The translations under genes were made by a program, and so were the position numbers. Shown one piece after another: positions 30,009 to 40,342 of a DNA stretch of 64,000 bases (its first letter is position 1; each line of letters starts with the position of its first letter). Source of the stretch: Smithella sp. PtaU1.Bin162. Lineage in GTDB: Bacteria > Desulfobacterota > Syntrophia > Syntrophales > Smithellaceae. The notes below the pieces were generated by a model, which made no database searches, was not told the DNA's origin, and saw only the letters and a program-made list of their open reading frames with translations. The stretch lies in NCBI GenBank assembly GCA_002068015.1, contig MVRV01000029.1, positions 24,373 through 88,372 on the forward strand, in the 5' to 3' direction.

Positions 30009-32039
30009 ATGCCGCTTATCCGAAAAAAAACACCTGCAAAAAGGAAAAAAAGAAAATCATCCAAGCTTGTTATGTTTGCTCTGGCTTTATTTGTAGTGAT
30101 CTTGCTGGTTTTTGCGGCCGGGGCTGTCGGCTATTATATTTTGGCTATTGATTTGCCCGGTATCGCAGCACTGAAGGATTACCGACCCAGCATTGCTTCG
30201 TGTGTTTATGATGATAATAATGAATTAATCGACGAATTTTTTCTGGAAGACCGGAAAATCATAAAAATCGACGAAGTACCCAAAATCGTTCACCATGCAT
30301 TTATTGCCGCTGAAGATTCCCGTTTCTACCAGCATCAGGGTTTCGATATGCAAAGTATTTCCCGTGCTTTATTCAAAAATTTCGAAGCAGGTCATATCGT
30401 ACAAGGCGCCAGCACCATTACGCAGCAAGTCGCTAAAATGATGTATCTTTCCCCTGAAAAAAAATATATGCGTAAGGTACGGGAAGCCATTCTCGCTTAC
30501 AAAATCGACAAATATCTGACCAAAGACGAAATCCTGAACTTGTATCTGAATCAGATTTATCTGGGACACGGCACCTACGGGATTGAATCAGCATCGCTCG
30601 GCTATTTCGGCAAAAGCGCCAAAAGCCTGACATTACCGGAGGCGGCAATGCTGGCGGGACTTCCCAAAGCCCCGAGCACTTATTCTCCTTTTCTCCATTA
30701 TGATAAAGCAAAACAACGGCAGATCTATGTACTGACCCGCATGGTGGAAGATGCCTATATTTCACCCTCCGAAATGAAACGGGCGGCGGAAACACCTATG
30801 AAACTGCGGCCGGTAAAACCGAAGGATAAAGTCGCCGCTTATTTTATTGAATCTGTCCGCCGTTACGTCCAGGAAAAATATGGCGCAGATGTTTTATATA
30901 AGGAAGGTCTATCCATTTATACAACGCTGAATTTATCCGCACAAAAATATGCCCGCGAAGCAATTGAACAAGGGCTCACGGAATTGGAAGACCGCGAAAA
31001 GTACGAGCACGGTCTTGTCCAGGGCGCACTTTACTGCATGGACGTAAAAACCGGCGCCATTCGGGCCATGGTGGGCGGACGTGATTTTAATAAAAGTGAA
31101 TTCAATCGTGCAACGCAATCGCGCAGACAGCCGGGATCCGCTTTCAAACCTTTGATCTACACAGCTGCCTTTGACAAGGGAATGAATCCTTCAACACGCT
31201 TTGTCGATTCTCCCGTTGTTTTTGAAGATGTATCCAAAGAAGACGGCCTTTGGAAACCGAAAAATTTTGATGAAAAATTCCTGGGGCCAATTACTATGAG
31301 AACTGCCCTGGTACAATCACGCAATGTTGTAACCATCAAAATTCTGCAGGAAATCGGCATTGATTACGCCGCCTCTTATGCCATGAATATGGGAATCACC
31401 TCTCCCATCTCCCGTAACCTGTCTCTGGCTTTGGGAACGTCCGGTATAACCCTGCAGGAGATGGTACGTGCCTACGGAGTACTCGCCAATGAAGGTAAAA
31501 AAGTTACACCTTACTTTATCAAAAAAATCGTGGATCGCACCGGTAATGTTTTCGAAGAAACCAAAGTACAATCGGAACAGGTTATTGATCCCCGGATTGC
31601 GTTTATGACAACTTATATAATGCAGGATGTAGTGGAAAGCGGTACCGGAAGAAGGGTAAAAAGCATCGGCCGCCCGGTTGCCGGAAAAACCGGAACAACA
31701 AACGATGTCCGTGACGCCTGGTTTATCGGGTTTACACCTTCGACTATTACCGGCATCTGGGTTGGCTTTGATCAGGAAATATCTTTGGGGAAAAAGGAAG
31801 TGGGCGGTAGAGCGGCGGCACCCATGTGGCTCTATTTCATGGAAAAGTATTTAAGCAATACGCCGGTGGAGGCTTTCCCGATACCGGAGGGCATTGTTTT
31901 TGTTAAGGTTGATTCCAAAACCGGTGTACCGGTTAAAGAAGCGGGAAAAGGAACTATCTATGAGTGTTTCCTGGAAAGTGCGCAGCCGGGCGAGAAAACC
32001 GACGACATCGCCGATGATAAAGAAGAACTGTTCCGATGA
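30009..32039 (+). CDS. mrcA: class A penicillin-binding protein (glycosyltransferase + transpeptidase, PBP1A-like)
   Basis: 676 aa with an N-terminal TM anchor. GT51 motifs EDSRFYQHQGFD, GASTITQQ and RKVRE. Transpeptidase motifs SAFKP (SxxK), SRN and KTGTT. Confidence 0.85.
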   Translation: MPLIRKKTPAKRKKRKSSKLVMFALALFVVILLVFAAGAVGYYILAIDLPGIAALKDYRPSIASCVYDDNNELIDEFFLEDRKIIKIDEVPKIVHHAFIAAEDSRFYQHQGFDMQSISRALFKNFEAGHIVQGASTITQQVAKMMYLSPEKKYMRKVREAILAYKIDKYLTKDEILNLYLNQIYLGHGTYGIESASLGYFGKSAKSLTLPEAAMLAGLPKAPSTYSPFLHYDKAKQRQIYVLTRMVEDAYISPSEMKRAAETPMKLRPVKPKDKVAAYFIESVRRYVQEKYGADVLYKEGLSIYTTLNLSAQKYAREAIEQGLTELEDREKYEHGLVQGALYCMDVKTGAIRAMVGGRDFNKSEFNRATQSRRQPGSAFKPLIYTAAFDKGMNPSTRFVDSPVVFEDVSKEDGLWKPKNFDEKFLGPITMRTALVQSRNVVTIKILQEIGIDYAASYAMNMGITSPISRNLSLALGTSGITLQEMVRAYGVLANEGKKVTPYFIKKIVDRTGNVFEETKVQSEQVIDPRIAFMTTYIMQDVVESGTGRRVKSIGRPVAGKTGTTNDVRDAWFIGFTPSTITGIWVGFDQEISLGKKEVGGRAAAPMWLYFMEKYLSNTPVEAFPIPEGIVFVKVDSKTGVPVKEAGKGTIYECFLESAQPGEKTDDIADDKEELFR

Positions 32040-32075
32040 AAATTATGTTCATAAATAAAAAAATTATAAATTGCC

Positions 32076-32104
32076 TTGACAAATATTTTTATTTTCGCTA
32101 GTAG
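32076..32104 (+). promoter_or_regulatory. candidate promoter for the ilv leader/operon
   Basis: TTGACA (32076-32081), a 17-nt spacer, then TAGTAG (32099-32104, a poor -10). By eye only. Confidence 0.25.
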
Positions 32105-32136
32105 GTCAGAAAACTTTTAAGGAAATTTGAAGATAA

Positions 32137-32241
32137 ATGTATCTTAAAGATTTAGCCAGCGGCATGAACCTTATTATTAGCAACATATTGGTACTCGTAG
32201 TAGTACTTAGGGGTCTGCCGCTCTGTGTCTTTAAGAAATAA
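32137..32241 (+). CDS. ilv operon leader peptide (34 aa, branched-chain-rich)
   Basis: Own translation: MYLKDLASGMNLIISNILVLVVVLRGLPLCVFKK. 16 of 34 residues are Ile/Leu/Val, and the core LIISNILVLVVVL is 11 of 13. It lies directly upstream of two terminators and ilvB. Confidence 0.6.
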   Translation: MYLKDLASGMNLIISNILVLVVVLRGLPLCVFKK

Positions 32242-32250
32242 AAGATACAA

Positions 32251-32282
32251 GCCGCGGGCCCCTAAGACCCGCGGCTTTTTTG
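32251..32282 (+). terminator. intrinsic terminator 1 of the ilv leader
   Basis: gccgcggg(32251-58) / cccgcggc(32268-75) forms an 8-bp GC stem with a 9-nt loop, followed by ttttttg. Confidence 0.7.
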
Positions 32283-32292
32283 TTTTAGGGGC

Positions 32293-32334
32293 AAAGCCGC
32301 TTTTTCGAAAGAAAAAAAGCGGCTTTTTTATTTT
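32293..32334 (+). terminator. intrinsic terminator 2 of the ilv leader
   Basis: aaagccgcttttt(32293-32305) / aaaaagcggcttt(32314-32326), followed by a T-run (ttttttatttt). Confidence 0.65.
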
Positions 32335-32432
32335 AACAAAACCCGGCCGGATTGCTTTCGAAAAAATAAAAACGATTCGACGGCTCGTATTTCAGAAACA
32401 TTTATAAAGAAATTTAGGGGAGAGAAAGTTTA

Positions 32433-34136
32433 ATGAAGTTAAAAGGCACGCAAATCCTGCTTAAAATACTGGAAGAGGAAAAAGTGGAAATTATTTTCGG
32501 ATATCCGGGCGGCACTGTGCTGGATATTTACGATCGGCTATATAAAAGCAAAATCAAACATATTTTAGTTCGCCATGAACAGGGCGCTGTCCATGCGGCT
32601 GACGGTTATGCCCGCGCAACCGGAAAAGTCGGTGTCTGTCTCGTAACTTCAGGCCCCGGTGCCACCAATACGGTAACCGGCATTGCCACTGCCAATATGG
32701 ATTCCATACCACTTGTCGTTTTTACCGGACAGGTTCCCACATTCCTAATCGGTAACGACGCCTTTCAGGAATGCGACATAACCGGAATCACGCGTCCCTG
32801 CACCAAGCACAATTTTCTTGTACGCAACATCGAAGAACTGGCTTCAACTATTAAAGAAGCTTTCCACATTGCCCGTTCAGGCAGGCCCGGTCCTGTTTTG
32901 GTCGATTTACCCAAGAATGTTATGGCGGCGGAAATAAATTATGATCCGGCAAAAATCAAATTCCGCAACTACGATACTTTCCATAAGCCGGCCCCGAAAA
33001 AAATGGCTCATGTTTACGAAATGCTCGCCCATGCGCAAAAACCGTTAATTGTAACCGGTGGTGGTGTAATTCTGGGAAAGGCATCGGCCGAACTCACTGC
33101 CCTCGCCCGCAGATATCAGATTCCGGTAACGGGAACCCTCATGGGTATAGGATCGTTTCCGGGAATGGATCCCCTGTGGCTCGGCATGCTGGGTATGCAC
33201 GGAACGTATTACGCCAATATGGCCGTAAGCCACTGCGATTTGTTGATTGCCGTGGGAGTGCGTTTTGACGACCGCGTTACCGGCACAATAGACACTTTCG
33301 CCACCAATGCTGAAATAGTACAGATTGATATCGATCCTTCATCAATTAACCGAAATGTGGTCGTGGATTTGCCGATTATCGGCGATACTAAAGCTACGCT
33401 GAAAGATATGATTAAATTTCTGACGGAGCATAATTATGCACCGCAGGCTTCATACCGCAAGGAATGGCTGGACCAGATCGCCATATGGAAGGAGAAAGTA
33501 CCGCTTTCCTATTGCCGGGATGGCCGGTTTATCAAACCGCAACATGTCATCGAAACGCTACATAAAATCGCGCAGGGAAACATCATCGTCACTACTGAAG
33601 TCGGACAGAATCAGATGTGGACGGCGCAATTTTTCCCCTTTGATGAGCCTAATACTCTTGTTACTTCCGGCGGGCTGGGCACAATGGGTTATGGTCTGCC
33701 GGCCGCTATCGGAGTGAAGTGCGCCTTCCCCGACAAACATGTCGTGGATATCGCCGGTGACGGCAGCATTCAGATGAATATTCAGGAATTGGCGACGGCC
33801 GCGCAATATAAAATCAATGTAAAGATAGTGCTCTTAAACAACGGCTATCTGGGCATGGTCCGGCAATGGCAGGAATTGTTCTATGAAAAACGTTATTCCC
33901 ATACCGATATGACTTATGCACCTGATTTTGTAAAACTGGCCGAAGCTTACGGCGTCGTCGGGTTACGCGCCACAAAACCGGCAGAAGTGGAGAAAACTCT
34001 GCGGGAGGGACTGGCCATCGAGAAGCCCGTACTTATGGACTTCCAAGTCTCCCGCGAGGAATGTGTTTATCCCATGGTCGGTCCGGGTTCCTCAATCAGT
34101 GACATGAAACTGGGCACGCGGGAAATGATTAACTAA
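32433..34136 (+). CDS. ilvB: acetolactate synthase, large (catalytic) subunit
   Basis: 567 aa. ThDP-binding GGLGTMGYGLPAAIG...GDGSIQMNIQEL..NNGYLGMVRQWQ. Confidence 0.95.
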   Translation: MKLKGTQILLKILEEEKVEIIFGYPGGTVLDIYDRLYKSKIKHILVRHEQGAVHAADGYARATGKVGVCLVTSGPGATNTVTGIATANMDSIPLVVFTGQVPTFLIGNDAFQECDITGITRPCTKHNFLVRNIEELASTIKEAFHIARSGRPGPVLVDLPKNVMAAEINYDPAKIKFRNYDTFHKPAPKKMAHVYEMLAHAQKPLIVTGGGVILGKASAELTALARRYQIPVTGTLMGIGSFPGMDPLWLGMLGMHGTYYANMAVSHCDLLIAVGVRFDDRVTGTIDTFATNAEIVQIDIDPSSINRNVVVDLPIIGDTKATLKDMIKFLTEHNYAPQASYRKEWLDQIAIWKEKVPLSYCRDGRFIKPQHVIETLHKIAQGNIIVTTEVGQNQMWTAQFFPFDEPNTLVTSGGLGTMGYGLPAAIGVKCAFPDKHVVDIAGDGSIQMNIQELATAAQYKINVKIVLLNNGYLGMVRQWQELFYEKRYSHTDMTYAPDFVKLAEAYGVVGLRATKPAEVEKTLREGLAIEKPVLMDFQVSREECVYPMVGPGSSISDMKLGTREMIN

Positions 34137-34169
34137 AGAGAATCCATATCAAAGAAAGGTTCAAGAGTA

Positions 34170-34655
34170 ATGGAAAAGAAAGAACACATAATTTCAATCC
34201 TTGTGCACAATAAGCCGGACGTACTGGCAAGAATCGCAGGGATACTGGGCGGTAAGGGATACAACATCGAAAGTTTGTGTGTCAACACCACCACTTCTTA
34301 CGAAATATCAAAAATAGTTATGACAACCATCGGCAATCAGGCCACCATCACCAGGATCGAAAATCAGTTGCGCAAATTCGTCGATGTCATTGCGGTCAAC
34401 AATTTAACCAATGTGGAATCGATCCACCGAGAGATGATTCTGGTCAGGCTGAACCTGTCCGCAGATTCCCGGGAGCAGGTGACAAAAACCATCGAGACGT
34501 ATCAATGGAAGGTAATCGTATCCGCTGATGCTTATGTAATTTTAGAAATTACCGGCGATAAACCGCAAATTGATTTTGCACTGGCCCGCCTGGAGCCGCT
34601 GGGCATCGCGGATATAACCAGAACGGGCATTATCGCCCTGGAATTGGAAAATTGA
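34170..34655 (+). CDS. ilvN: acetolactate synthase, small (regulatory) subunit
   Basis: 161 aa. ACT domain HIISILVHNKPDVLARIAGILGGKGYNIESL. Confidence 0.9.
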   Translation: MEKKEHIISILVHNKPDVLARIAGILGGKGYNIESLCVNTTTSYEISKIVMTTIGNQATITRIENQLRKFVDVIAVNNLTNVESIHREMILVRLNLSADSREQVTKTIETYQWKVIVSADAYVILEITGDKPQIDFALARLEPLGIADITRTGIIALELEN

Positions 34656-34703
34656 AATTAACTAATTATTTAATCAACTAAAATTTAAATTAAAGGAGAT
34701 TGT

Positions 34704-35762
34704 ATGGCAAAAATTAATTTTGGTGGTACTTTAGAAGATGTTATTACGGCAGATGAGTTTCCCCTCAAAAAAGCTCAGGAAGTTTTAAAAAACGAAGTGG
34801 TTGCGGTAATTGGTTATGGTGTTCAAGGCCCGGCTCAAGCCTTCAATATGAAAGACAATGGCATTAACGTTATTATCGGACAACGTGAAGACAATAAAAA
34901 AACATGGGATAAAGCAGTGGCCGACGGCTGGGTTCCCGGAAAAACCCTTTTCCCGATAGAAGAAGCAGTGAAACGCGGTACGATTATTCAATATCTGTTA
35001 TCCGATGCCGCCCAAATGATGGTCTGGCCCAAGGTCAAGGCAAATCTGAAAAAAGGCGATGCTCTTTATTTTTCACATGGATTCTCCATTGCCTATAAAG
35101 ACCAGACCGGCATAATTCCACCTGATTTCGTGGACGTCATTCTGGTTGCGCCCAAAGGCTCGGGTACAAGCGTACGGCGGAACTTTTTAAACGGCAGCGG
35201 CATTAACAGCAGCTTCGCCGTACATCAGGATGCTACCGGCCGCGCCATGGAAAGGACAATTGCACTGGGAATCGCCATCGGTTCCGGATTCCTTTTCCCG
35301 ACTACTTTCCAGATGGAAGTTTACAGCGATCTGACCGGTGAACGAGGCGTTTTAATGGGAGCTCTGGAGGGTATGATGGAGGCACAATACAATGAACTGC
35401 GCAAACACGGGCATACTCCCAGTGAAGCCTTCAACGAAACGGTGGAAGAATTCACCCAGAGTCTCATCCGTCTGGTGGATGAAAACGGCATGGATTGGAT
35501 GTACGCCAATTGCTCTGCAACCGCGCAAAGAGGAGCACTGGATTGGCGGCACAAATTCCGCAAGGCGGTGGAGCCGGTATTTGCCGAACTTTACAACTCC
35601 GTAGCCACGGGTAAAGAAACAGCCATCGTTCTCAAAGCCAACAGCGCTGCCGATTATCGGGTAAAGCTGGAAGCGGAACTCAAAGAAATGCGCGAGACCG
35701 AAATGTGGCGGGCCGGCTCTGCTGTGCGCGCTTTACGTCCGGAAAAGCGAAAGAAAAAATAG
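34704..35762 (+). CDS. ilvC: ketol-acid reductoisomerase
   Basis: 352 aa. NADP site VIGYGVQGPAQAFNMKDNG and FSHGFSI. Confidence 0.95.
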   Translation: MAKINFGGTLEDVITADEFPLKKAQEVLKNEVVAVIGYGVQGPAQAFNMKDNGINVIIGQREDNKKTWDKAVADGWVPGKTLFPIEEAVKRGTIIQYLLSDAAQMMVWPKVKANLKKGDALYFSHGFSIAYKDQTGIIPPDFVDVILVAPKGSGTSVRRNFLNGSGINSSFAVHQDATGRAMERTIALGIAIGSGFLFPTTFQMEVYSDLTGERGVLMGALEGMMEAQYNELRKHGHTPSEAFNETVEEFTQSLIRLVDENGMDWMYANCSATAQRGALDWRHKFRKAVEPVFAELYNSVATGKETAIVLKANSAADYRVKLEAELKEMRETEMWRAGSAVRALRPEKRKKK

Positions 35763-35884
35763 TTTGTAGCACATTTGCAGGCGGGCTTTTGCCGTAATTT
35801 CCGGTAAGAGCCCGCCTTAACCACTCAACAGAATTTAAAATATGCAAGAATTAATCTAAAATTCCTAGTAAGGGAGAATAAATT

Positions 35885-37546
35885 ATGCGCAGTGATCTCA
35901 TGAAAAAAGGACTGGAAAGGGCGCCTCACCGTTCGCTCTTCAAGGCCATGGGTTACATCGATGAAGAAATTGCCCGGCCGTTAATCGGCGTCGTAAATTC
36001 CGCAAACGAAATAATTCCCGGACATATTCATCTGGATTTAATTACACAGGATGTAAAAGCCGGAATTCGCATGTCCGGCGGCACTCCTGTGGAGTTTCCG
36101 GTAATAGGCGTTTGCGACGGCGTGGCGATGGGACATGCCGGCATGAAGTATTCACTGGCCAGCCGCGAATTGATCGCCGATTCCATAGAAATTATGGCAA
36201 TGGCCCATCCCTTCGATGCTCTGGTTTTCATTCCCAACTGTGACAAAATAATCCCCGGAATGCTTATGGCGGCATTAAGGTTGAATATCCCTTCCATCTT
36301 CATCAGCGGCGGTCCCATGCTGGCAGGCAAAATGAACGGCAAGGCCGTTGACCTGATCAGCGTATTTGAAGGAGTCGGTGCCGTAAAGTCCAAAAGAATG
36401 ACACCGGCGAACCTGAAACAACTGGAAGACTGCGCCTGCCCGGGCTGTGGCTCGTGTTCCGGCATGTACACAGCCAATTCCATGAATTGCGTAACGGAAG
36501 CATTAGGCTTGGGCCTGCCCGGCAACGGGACGATTCCGGCAGTTTGGGCAGCACGTCGCCGGCTGGCTAAATATGCCGGTATGCAGATCATGGATCTTTT
36601 CAAAAAGAACATCAAACCACGGGATATTGCCACTCTTGCCGCATTCAAAAATGCAATTGCAGTGGATATGGCGCTGGGTTGTTCCACCAACACCGTTTTA
36701 CATATTCCGGCAATCGCCCACGAAGCCGGCATCAAGCTGGATTTGAATCTTTTCAACAAAATCAGCGAAAAAACACCGAATCTCTGCAAGTTAAGTCCGG
36801 CCGGACCGCATCACATCGAAGATTTGGATACCGCAGGCGGCATTCAGGCTGTAATGAAGGTCATTGCCGCCATCGGCTCCATTGATAAAAAAGCACTGAC
36901 GGTAACCGGAAAAACAGTAGATACCAATTTAAAAAACGCCCGTGTTTTGGACGATAAAGTTATCCGCCCGCTCCATAATCCTTATTCTCCGCAGGGAGGC
37001 ATTGCCGTCTTACGCGGCAACCTGGCTCCGGACGGCGCGGTTGTCAAACAATCGGCCGTAGCTCCGGCCATGCAGATAAACGAAGGAAAAGCGCGCGTCT
37101 TCGATTCCGAAGATCTGGCCATCGCCGCCATTTTAGGCGGTAGAATCAAAGACGGGGATATTGTCATCATTCGCTATGAAGGGCCCAAAGGCGGTCCGGG
37201 CATGCGGGAAATGCTGGGACCGACATCAGCCATCGTCGGCATGGGGCTTGACAAAACCGTGGCGCTGCTGACGGACGGCCGCTTCAGCGGCGGTACACAG
37301 GGAGCGGCCATCGGCCATGTTTCACCGGAAGCGGCGGAAGGAGGGACTATCGCCTTAGTAAAGGAAGGCGACACCATAGCCATCAACATACCGGCAAAAA
37401 CACTGGAATTGAAAGTCAGCGACAAGGAACTGGCAAAGCGCAGAAAAGCATTAAAGCCTTTCCAGCCTGCGATTACGAGCGGTTATCTCGTGCGTTACGC
37501 CAAACTGGTCACTTCCGCTTCTACGGGTGCCGTTTTTAAGGATTGA
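35885..37546 (+). CDS. ilvD: dihydroxy-acid dehydratase
   Basis: 553 aa. [11 protein letters not shown], the Fe-S ligand region [16 protein letters not shown] and [11 protein letters not shown]. Confidence 0.95.
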   Translation: MRSDLMKKGLERAPHRSLFKAMGYIDEEIARPLIGVVNSANEIIPGHIHLDLITQDVKAGIRMSGGTPVEFPVIGVCDGVAMGHAGMKYSLASRELIADSIEIMAMAHPFDALVFIPNCDKIIPGMLMAALRLNIPSIFISGGPMLAGKMNGKAVDLISVFEGVGAVKSKRMTPANLKQLEDCACPGCGSCSGMYTANSMNCVTEALGLGLPGNGTIPAVWAARRRLAKYAGMQIMDLFKKNIKPRDIATLAAFKNAIAVDMALGCSTNTVLHIPAIAHEAGIKLDLNLFNKISEKTPNLCKLSPAGPHHIEDLDTAGGIQAVMKVIAAIGSIDKKALTVTGKTVDTNLKNARVLDDKVIRPLHNPYSPQGGIAVLRGNLAPDGAVVKQSAVAPAMQINEGKARVFDSEDLAIAAILGGRIKDGDIVIIRYEGPKGGPGMREMLGPTSAIVGMGLDKTVALLTDGRFSGGTQGAAIGHVSPEAAEGGTIALVKEGDTIAINIPAKTLELKVSDKELAKRRKALKPFQPAITSGYLVRYAKLVTSASTGAVFKD

Positions 37547-37605
37547 CGGGCAGGCAGCATTGTGCAAATAATAATTATCTTTAAATTTAAGGAGATAAAA
37601 TATAA

Positions 37606-38400
37606 ATGCTGGAAATCAAGGATGCAGTAGCTGTAATTACGGGAGGTGGAGGCGGTATCGGTCTGGAGATTGCCAAATATTGGGTAAACAACGGCGGTAA
37701 AGTAGTGATTGTCGACGTGGCCGCCAAATTTCTGGAAGGTGCCGAGAAGGAACTTCAGGGCATGGGCGGCGAAGTTCTCTCCGTGGTTTGCAATGTTACG
37801 AATGAAGATGATTGCGCCAAGATGGCTGATGCGGCTATTGCCCGATTCGGCAAAATTAATTTGGTCGCTCCCTTTGCCGGAATCATTAAAGACGGCATGA
37901 TGCTTTCTCCCGATAAGGCAACAGGGAAAGTCACCAGGAAAATGTCGCTGGATCAGTTCAAAGCAGTCATTGATATCAACTTAACCGGCGTTTTTCTTAC
38001 AGTCCGTGAATGCGCCGAGCGGATGATCAATAACAGTTGCAAAGGACTTATTTGCCTTGTTTCTTCTACAGGTTCACTGGGAACCGCAGGACAGATCAAT
38101 TATTCGTCATCCAAGGCGGCAATGTCCGTCATGCCCAAAGTTATTACTGCAGAATTTTTCCGCCGCGGCATAGCGGACAAAATCCGCTGCGTAGCGGTGG
38201 CACCGGGTTATGTAGGAACGGCAATGGTTAAAGGAATGGATCAAAAAGCTCTGGACAAAATTCTTTTTGATGTCCCCATCAGCAGACTCATCGAACCTGC
38301 GGAAGTTGCCTCCCTAGTCGGTGAATTATACAGAAACGAAGCATTGGCCGGAGACGTCTATTTCATTCATGGCGGCCTACGTCTTGGTTCACGCGGTTAG
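37606..38400 (+). CDS. SDR-family NAD(P)-dependent oxidoreductase
   Basis: 264 aa. TGGGGGIG cofactor motif and catalytic YSSSKAA (YxxxK). Confidence 0.85.
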   Translation: MLEIKDAVAVITGGGGGIGLEIAKYWVNNGGKVVIVDVAAKFLEGAEKELQGMGGEVLSVVCNVTNEDDCAKMADAAIARFGKINLVAPFAGIIKDGMMLSPDKATGKVTRKMSLDQFKAVIDINLTGVFLTVRECAERMINNSCKGLICLVSSTGSLGTAGQINYSSSKAAMSVMPKVITAEFFRRGIADKIRCVAVAPGYVGTAMVKGMDQKALDKILFDVPISRLIEPAEVASLVGELYRNEALAGDVYFIHGGLRLGSRG

Positions 38401-38426
38401 TATGGTATATCAATCATCTTTTTCAT

Positions 38427-38458
38427 AAAAGGGATGGCCCGCACAGGCCATCCCTTTT
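38427..38458. terminator. bidirectional intrinsic terminator between the convergent SDR gene and pldA
   Basis: aaaagggatggcc(38427-39) cgcaca ggccatccctttt(38446-58) forms a 13-bp stem flanked by A-run and T-run on both sides. Confidence 0.8.
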
Positions 38459-38463
38459 ATGAA

Positions 38464-39540
38464 CTATTGCCAGTCGGAAAGCACAATACCGACGCTTATC
38501 CGGTTGATACTCTGATTATAATCCAGCAGGCTTTCTCCATAGCCGTTGAAATACTGAATATAGCCTTTAAACCAATCTTTTTTCACAAAAGGCAGGGGAA
38601 AATTCCATTCCAACTGCACCGCACCGAGGTTATTTCCCGAACGCAGATTGTTTCTCACCATCACGGCAAATTTATGCCGATTCCATAAGTATGTTCCCCA
38701 CACCTCGCCGTAACCCATATACTTGCATATATCCGGATTATCACTGGCCTCTTCGTTCTCCGGTATCTGCCACCAGGTTTTTAAAAGAAATCCGAAGTTG
38801 TCTTTTTCCAAACCTGCATTTACCACAAACCGGTTCCAGCTTCGTGACAGCGGCCGGGAACGGCCGTTGGACTGATGATTCAAACCCACATTAATAAAAC
38901 GTCCCTTTAAGCCGAATAATTCGTAATCCGTCCGGAAATTAACCAAAAATTCCGGTTCGTAGTTCGTGTCCCGAAACGGTGAGGAAAAAGCAGAGTTGTA
39001 GAGTTGCCAGAAGGAAAGCTGGGTATAGGCAATCCACAGATCAATATCCTGATCAAACAAATCTTCCCAGGCTTTCAGTTTAAAGCTCAACTGAAACTTT
39101 GCTTCGTTGTGTTGTGCCCGGCCGTTCGGATCAACATCCAGCTGTTCATTTTGATTGGGTGATGAATTATAGGCAACAGGCAGAAAATAATTGGGCCGGT
39201 AGGGACGTATTATCAGGTTATGCTTTCTGTTGTTCCGATCCAAATCCCAGTGCTGAGTCATCATGGAAAGATTGGCAGCGGCAGATTCTGCCGGAAGGAC
39301 AGGTTTTTTTTCGGTTGTTATAAGCGATGCTTTCGGAGCAGGATTTTTCCGCCCGGAAAACTTATCATAACATTGCAGTCGAGCGGCATCGTCGACAATA
39401 TTTGCACAACCAGCCAGCTGATCAACATTATCTGCAGCCCAGACCGGGGAAGTCAAGAGCAAGGCAATAAGAAATCCGGCCAAAACCTTCTTTAAGAAGA
39501 CAGCTTTTTTGTCTAGTAATACTTGTTTTGAAATTATCAT
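38464..39540 (-). CDS. pldA: outer-membrane phospholipase A (OMPLA)
   Basis: 358 aa with signal peptide ...LLLTSPVWA. Catalytic block GLNHQSNGRSRPLSRSWNR (His-x-Ser-Asn-Gly) and PFRDTNYEPE. Confidence 0.85.
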   Translation of the reverse strand: MIISKQVLLDKKAVFLKKVLAGFLIALLLTSPVWAADNVDQLAGCANIVDDAARLQCYDKFSGRKNPAPKASLITTEKKPVLPAESAAANLSMMTQHWDLDRNNRKHNLIIRPYRPNYFLPVAYNSSPNQNEQLDVDPNGRAQHNEAKFQLSFKLKAWEDLFDQDIDLWIAYTQLSFWQLYNSAFSSPFRDTNYEPEFLVNFRTDYELFGLKGRFINVGLNHQSNGRSRPLSRSWNRFVVNAGLEKDNFGFLLKTWWQIPENEEASDNPDICKYMGYGEVWGTYLWNRHKFAVMVRNNLRSGNNLGAVQLEWNFPLPFVKKDWFKGYIQYFNGYGESLLDYNQSINRISVGIVLSDWQ

Positions 39541-39577
39541 TCCCCAGTCCTCTCTCTGTTCTCAAGCCAAAACAATG

Positions 39578-40342
39578 TTAACCGCTTTCCGGATCTTTGG
39601 TCCGGGCATAACGCCATCCCAACCAGATTGTAACAGCGGCAAATATCGTACGCAGGATACTATCCGGCAGTAAATGCGCAAAATTGCCGCCTAAAAATGT
39701 CCCCAGAAAGATTCCGGGAATAAGGCCGATGAGAATTTCCCGGGTAACATTACCCAGTCGCCAGTGAGTCGCAGCACCTGTTGCACCGGCCGGAACCATA
39801 ACCAAAAGGGAAGTACCCTGAGCTACGTGCTGGCTGAAACCGGTCAAAAGAACCATTACCGGAACCATGATGATCCCGCCGCCTGCCCCCAGAATTCCGG
39901 AAATAAAACCGCTACCCAGTCCTGTTATTAAAAATATCAAAACTTTAGCATATCCGGAAACGCTGCCGCTCCCGACCGTCAGATAAGGTTTGAACAAAAG
40001 CATTAAAGAACAAATCAGCAGAAGAATGCCAAAGTATTTTCTCAATTTCCAGGCCGGTAAAACATGGGCGTAGCGTGCCCCGGCGCGCGCGGTGAATACT
40101 GCTGTTGCCGCGAGTAAAACAGCTGCTGTAAAATCAACAGCTCCTTTTAAGGCATAGGTTATTGCTCCGGATAGTCCCGTAAAAACAATCGCGACGAGAC
40201 TGGTACCATGAGCCCGGTGTTGGCTCAGTTTCAAAATATGAGTCAGCAAAGGAACCATCAGTATGCCGCCGCCCAGGCCAGCAAGTCCGGCGAAGCATCC
40301 GGCAGCAAGACCGATAAGAAAACTCTTAATATTAGTCTTCAT
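39578..40342 (-). CDS. TauE/SafE-family sulfite/anion exporter
   Basis: 254 aa, polytopic, with the repeated GxGGGxxxVP motif (GLGGGILMVPLL and GAGGGIIMVPVM). ATGA overlap with the upstream MFS gene. Confidence 0.8.
   Translation of the reverse strand: MKTNIKSFLIGLAAGCFAGLAGLGGGILMVPLLTHILKLSQHRAHGTSLVAIVFTGLSGAITYALKGAVDFTAAVLLAATAVFTARAGARYAHVLPAWKLRKYFGILLLICSLMLLFKPYLTVGSGSVSGYAKVLIFLITGLGSGFISGILGAGGGIIMVPVMVLLTGFSQHVAQGTSLLVMVPAGATGAATHWRLGNVTREILIGLIPGIFLGTFLGGNFAHLLPDSILRTIFAAVTIWLGWRYARTKDPESG

Larger units (their letters stand above)
32206..32334 (+). promoter_or_regulatory. transcription attenuator: antiterminator/terminator alternative structures
   Basis: 32206-32221 cttaggggtctgccgc can pair with 32251-32266 gccgcgggcccctaag (13 Watson-Crick pairs, 2 G-U, 1 mismatch). 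That pairing sequesters the 5' arm of terminator 1. Confidence 0.5.

Noticed and set aside
32225-32407. 60-aa plus ORF in the ilv upstream region
   Set aside because: It reads straight through two intrinsic terminator hairpins, and its Lys/Arg/Phe-rich sequence comes from A/T runs. The short Ile/Leu/Val-rich leader at 32137-32241 explains the region better.
35779-35817. Hairpin aggcgggct...agcccgcct between ilvC and ilvD as a terminator
   Set aside because: It has a good 9-bp stem but a 21-nt loop and no following T-tract. It is more likely an mRNA-processing or stability structure within the operon, so I did not list it as a terminator.
36028-36789. 253-aa minus-strand ORF inside ilvD
   Set aside because: It is entirely antisense to a full-length, motif-rich ilvD. 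The composition is Ala/Pro/Ser-rich and low complexity, typical of the shadow frame of a GC-richer gene.
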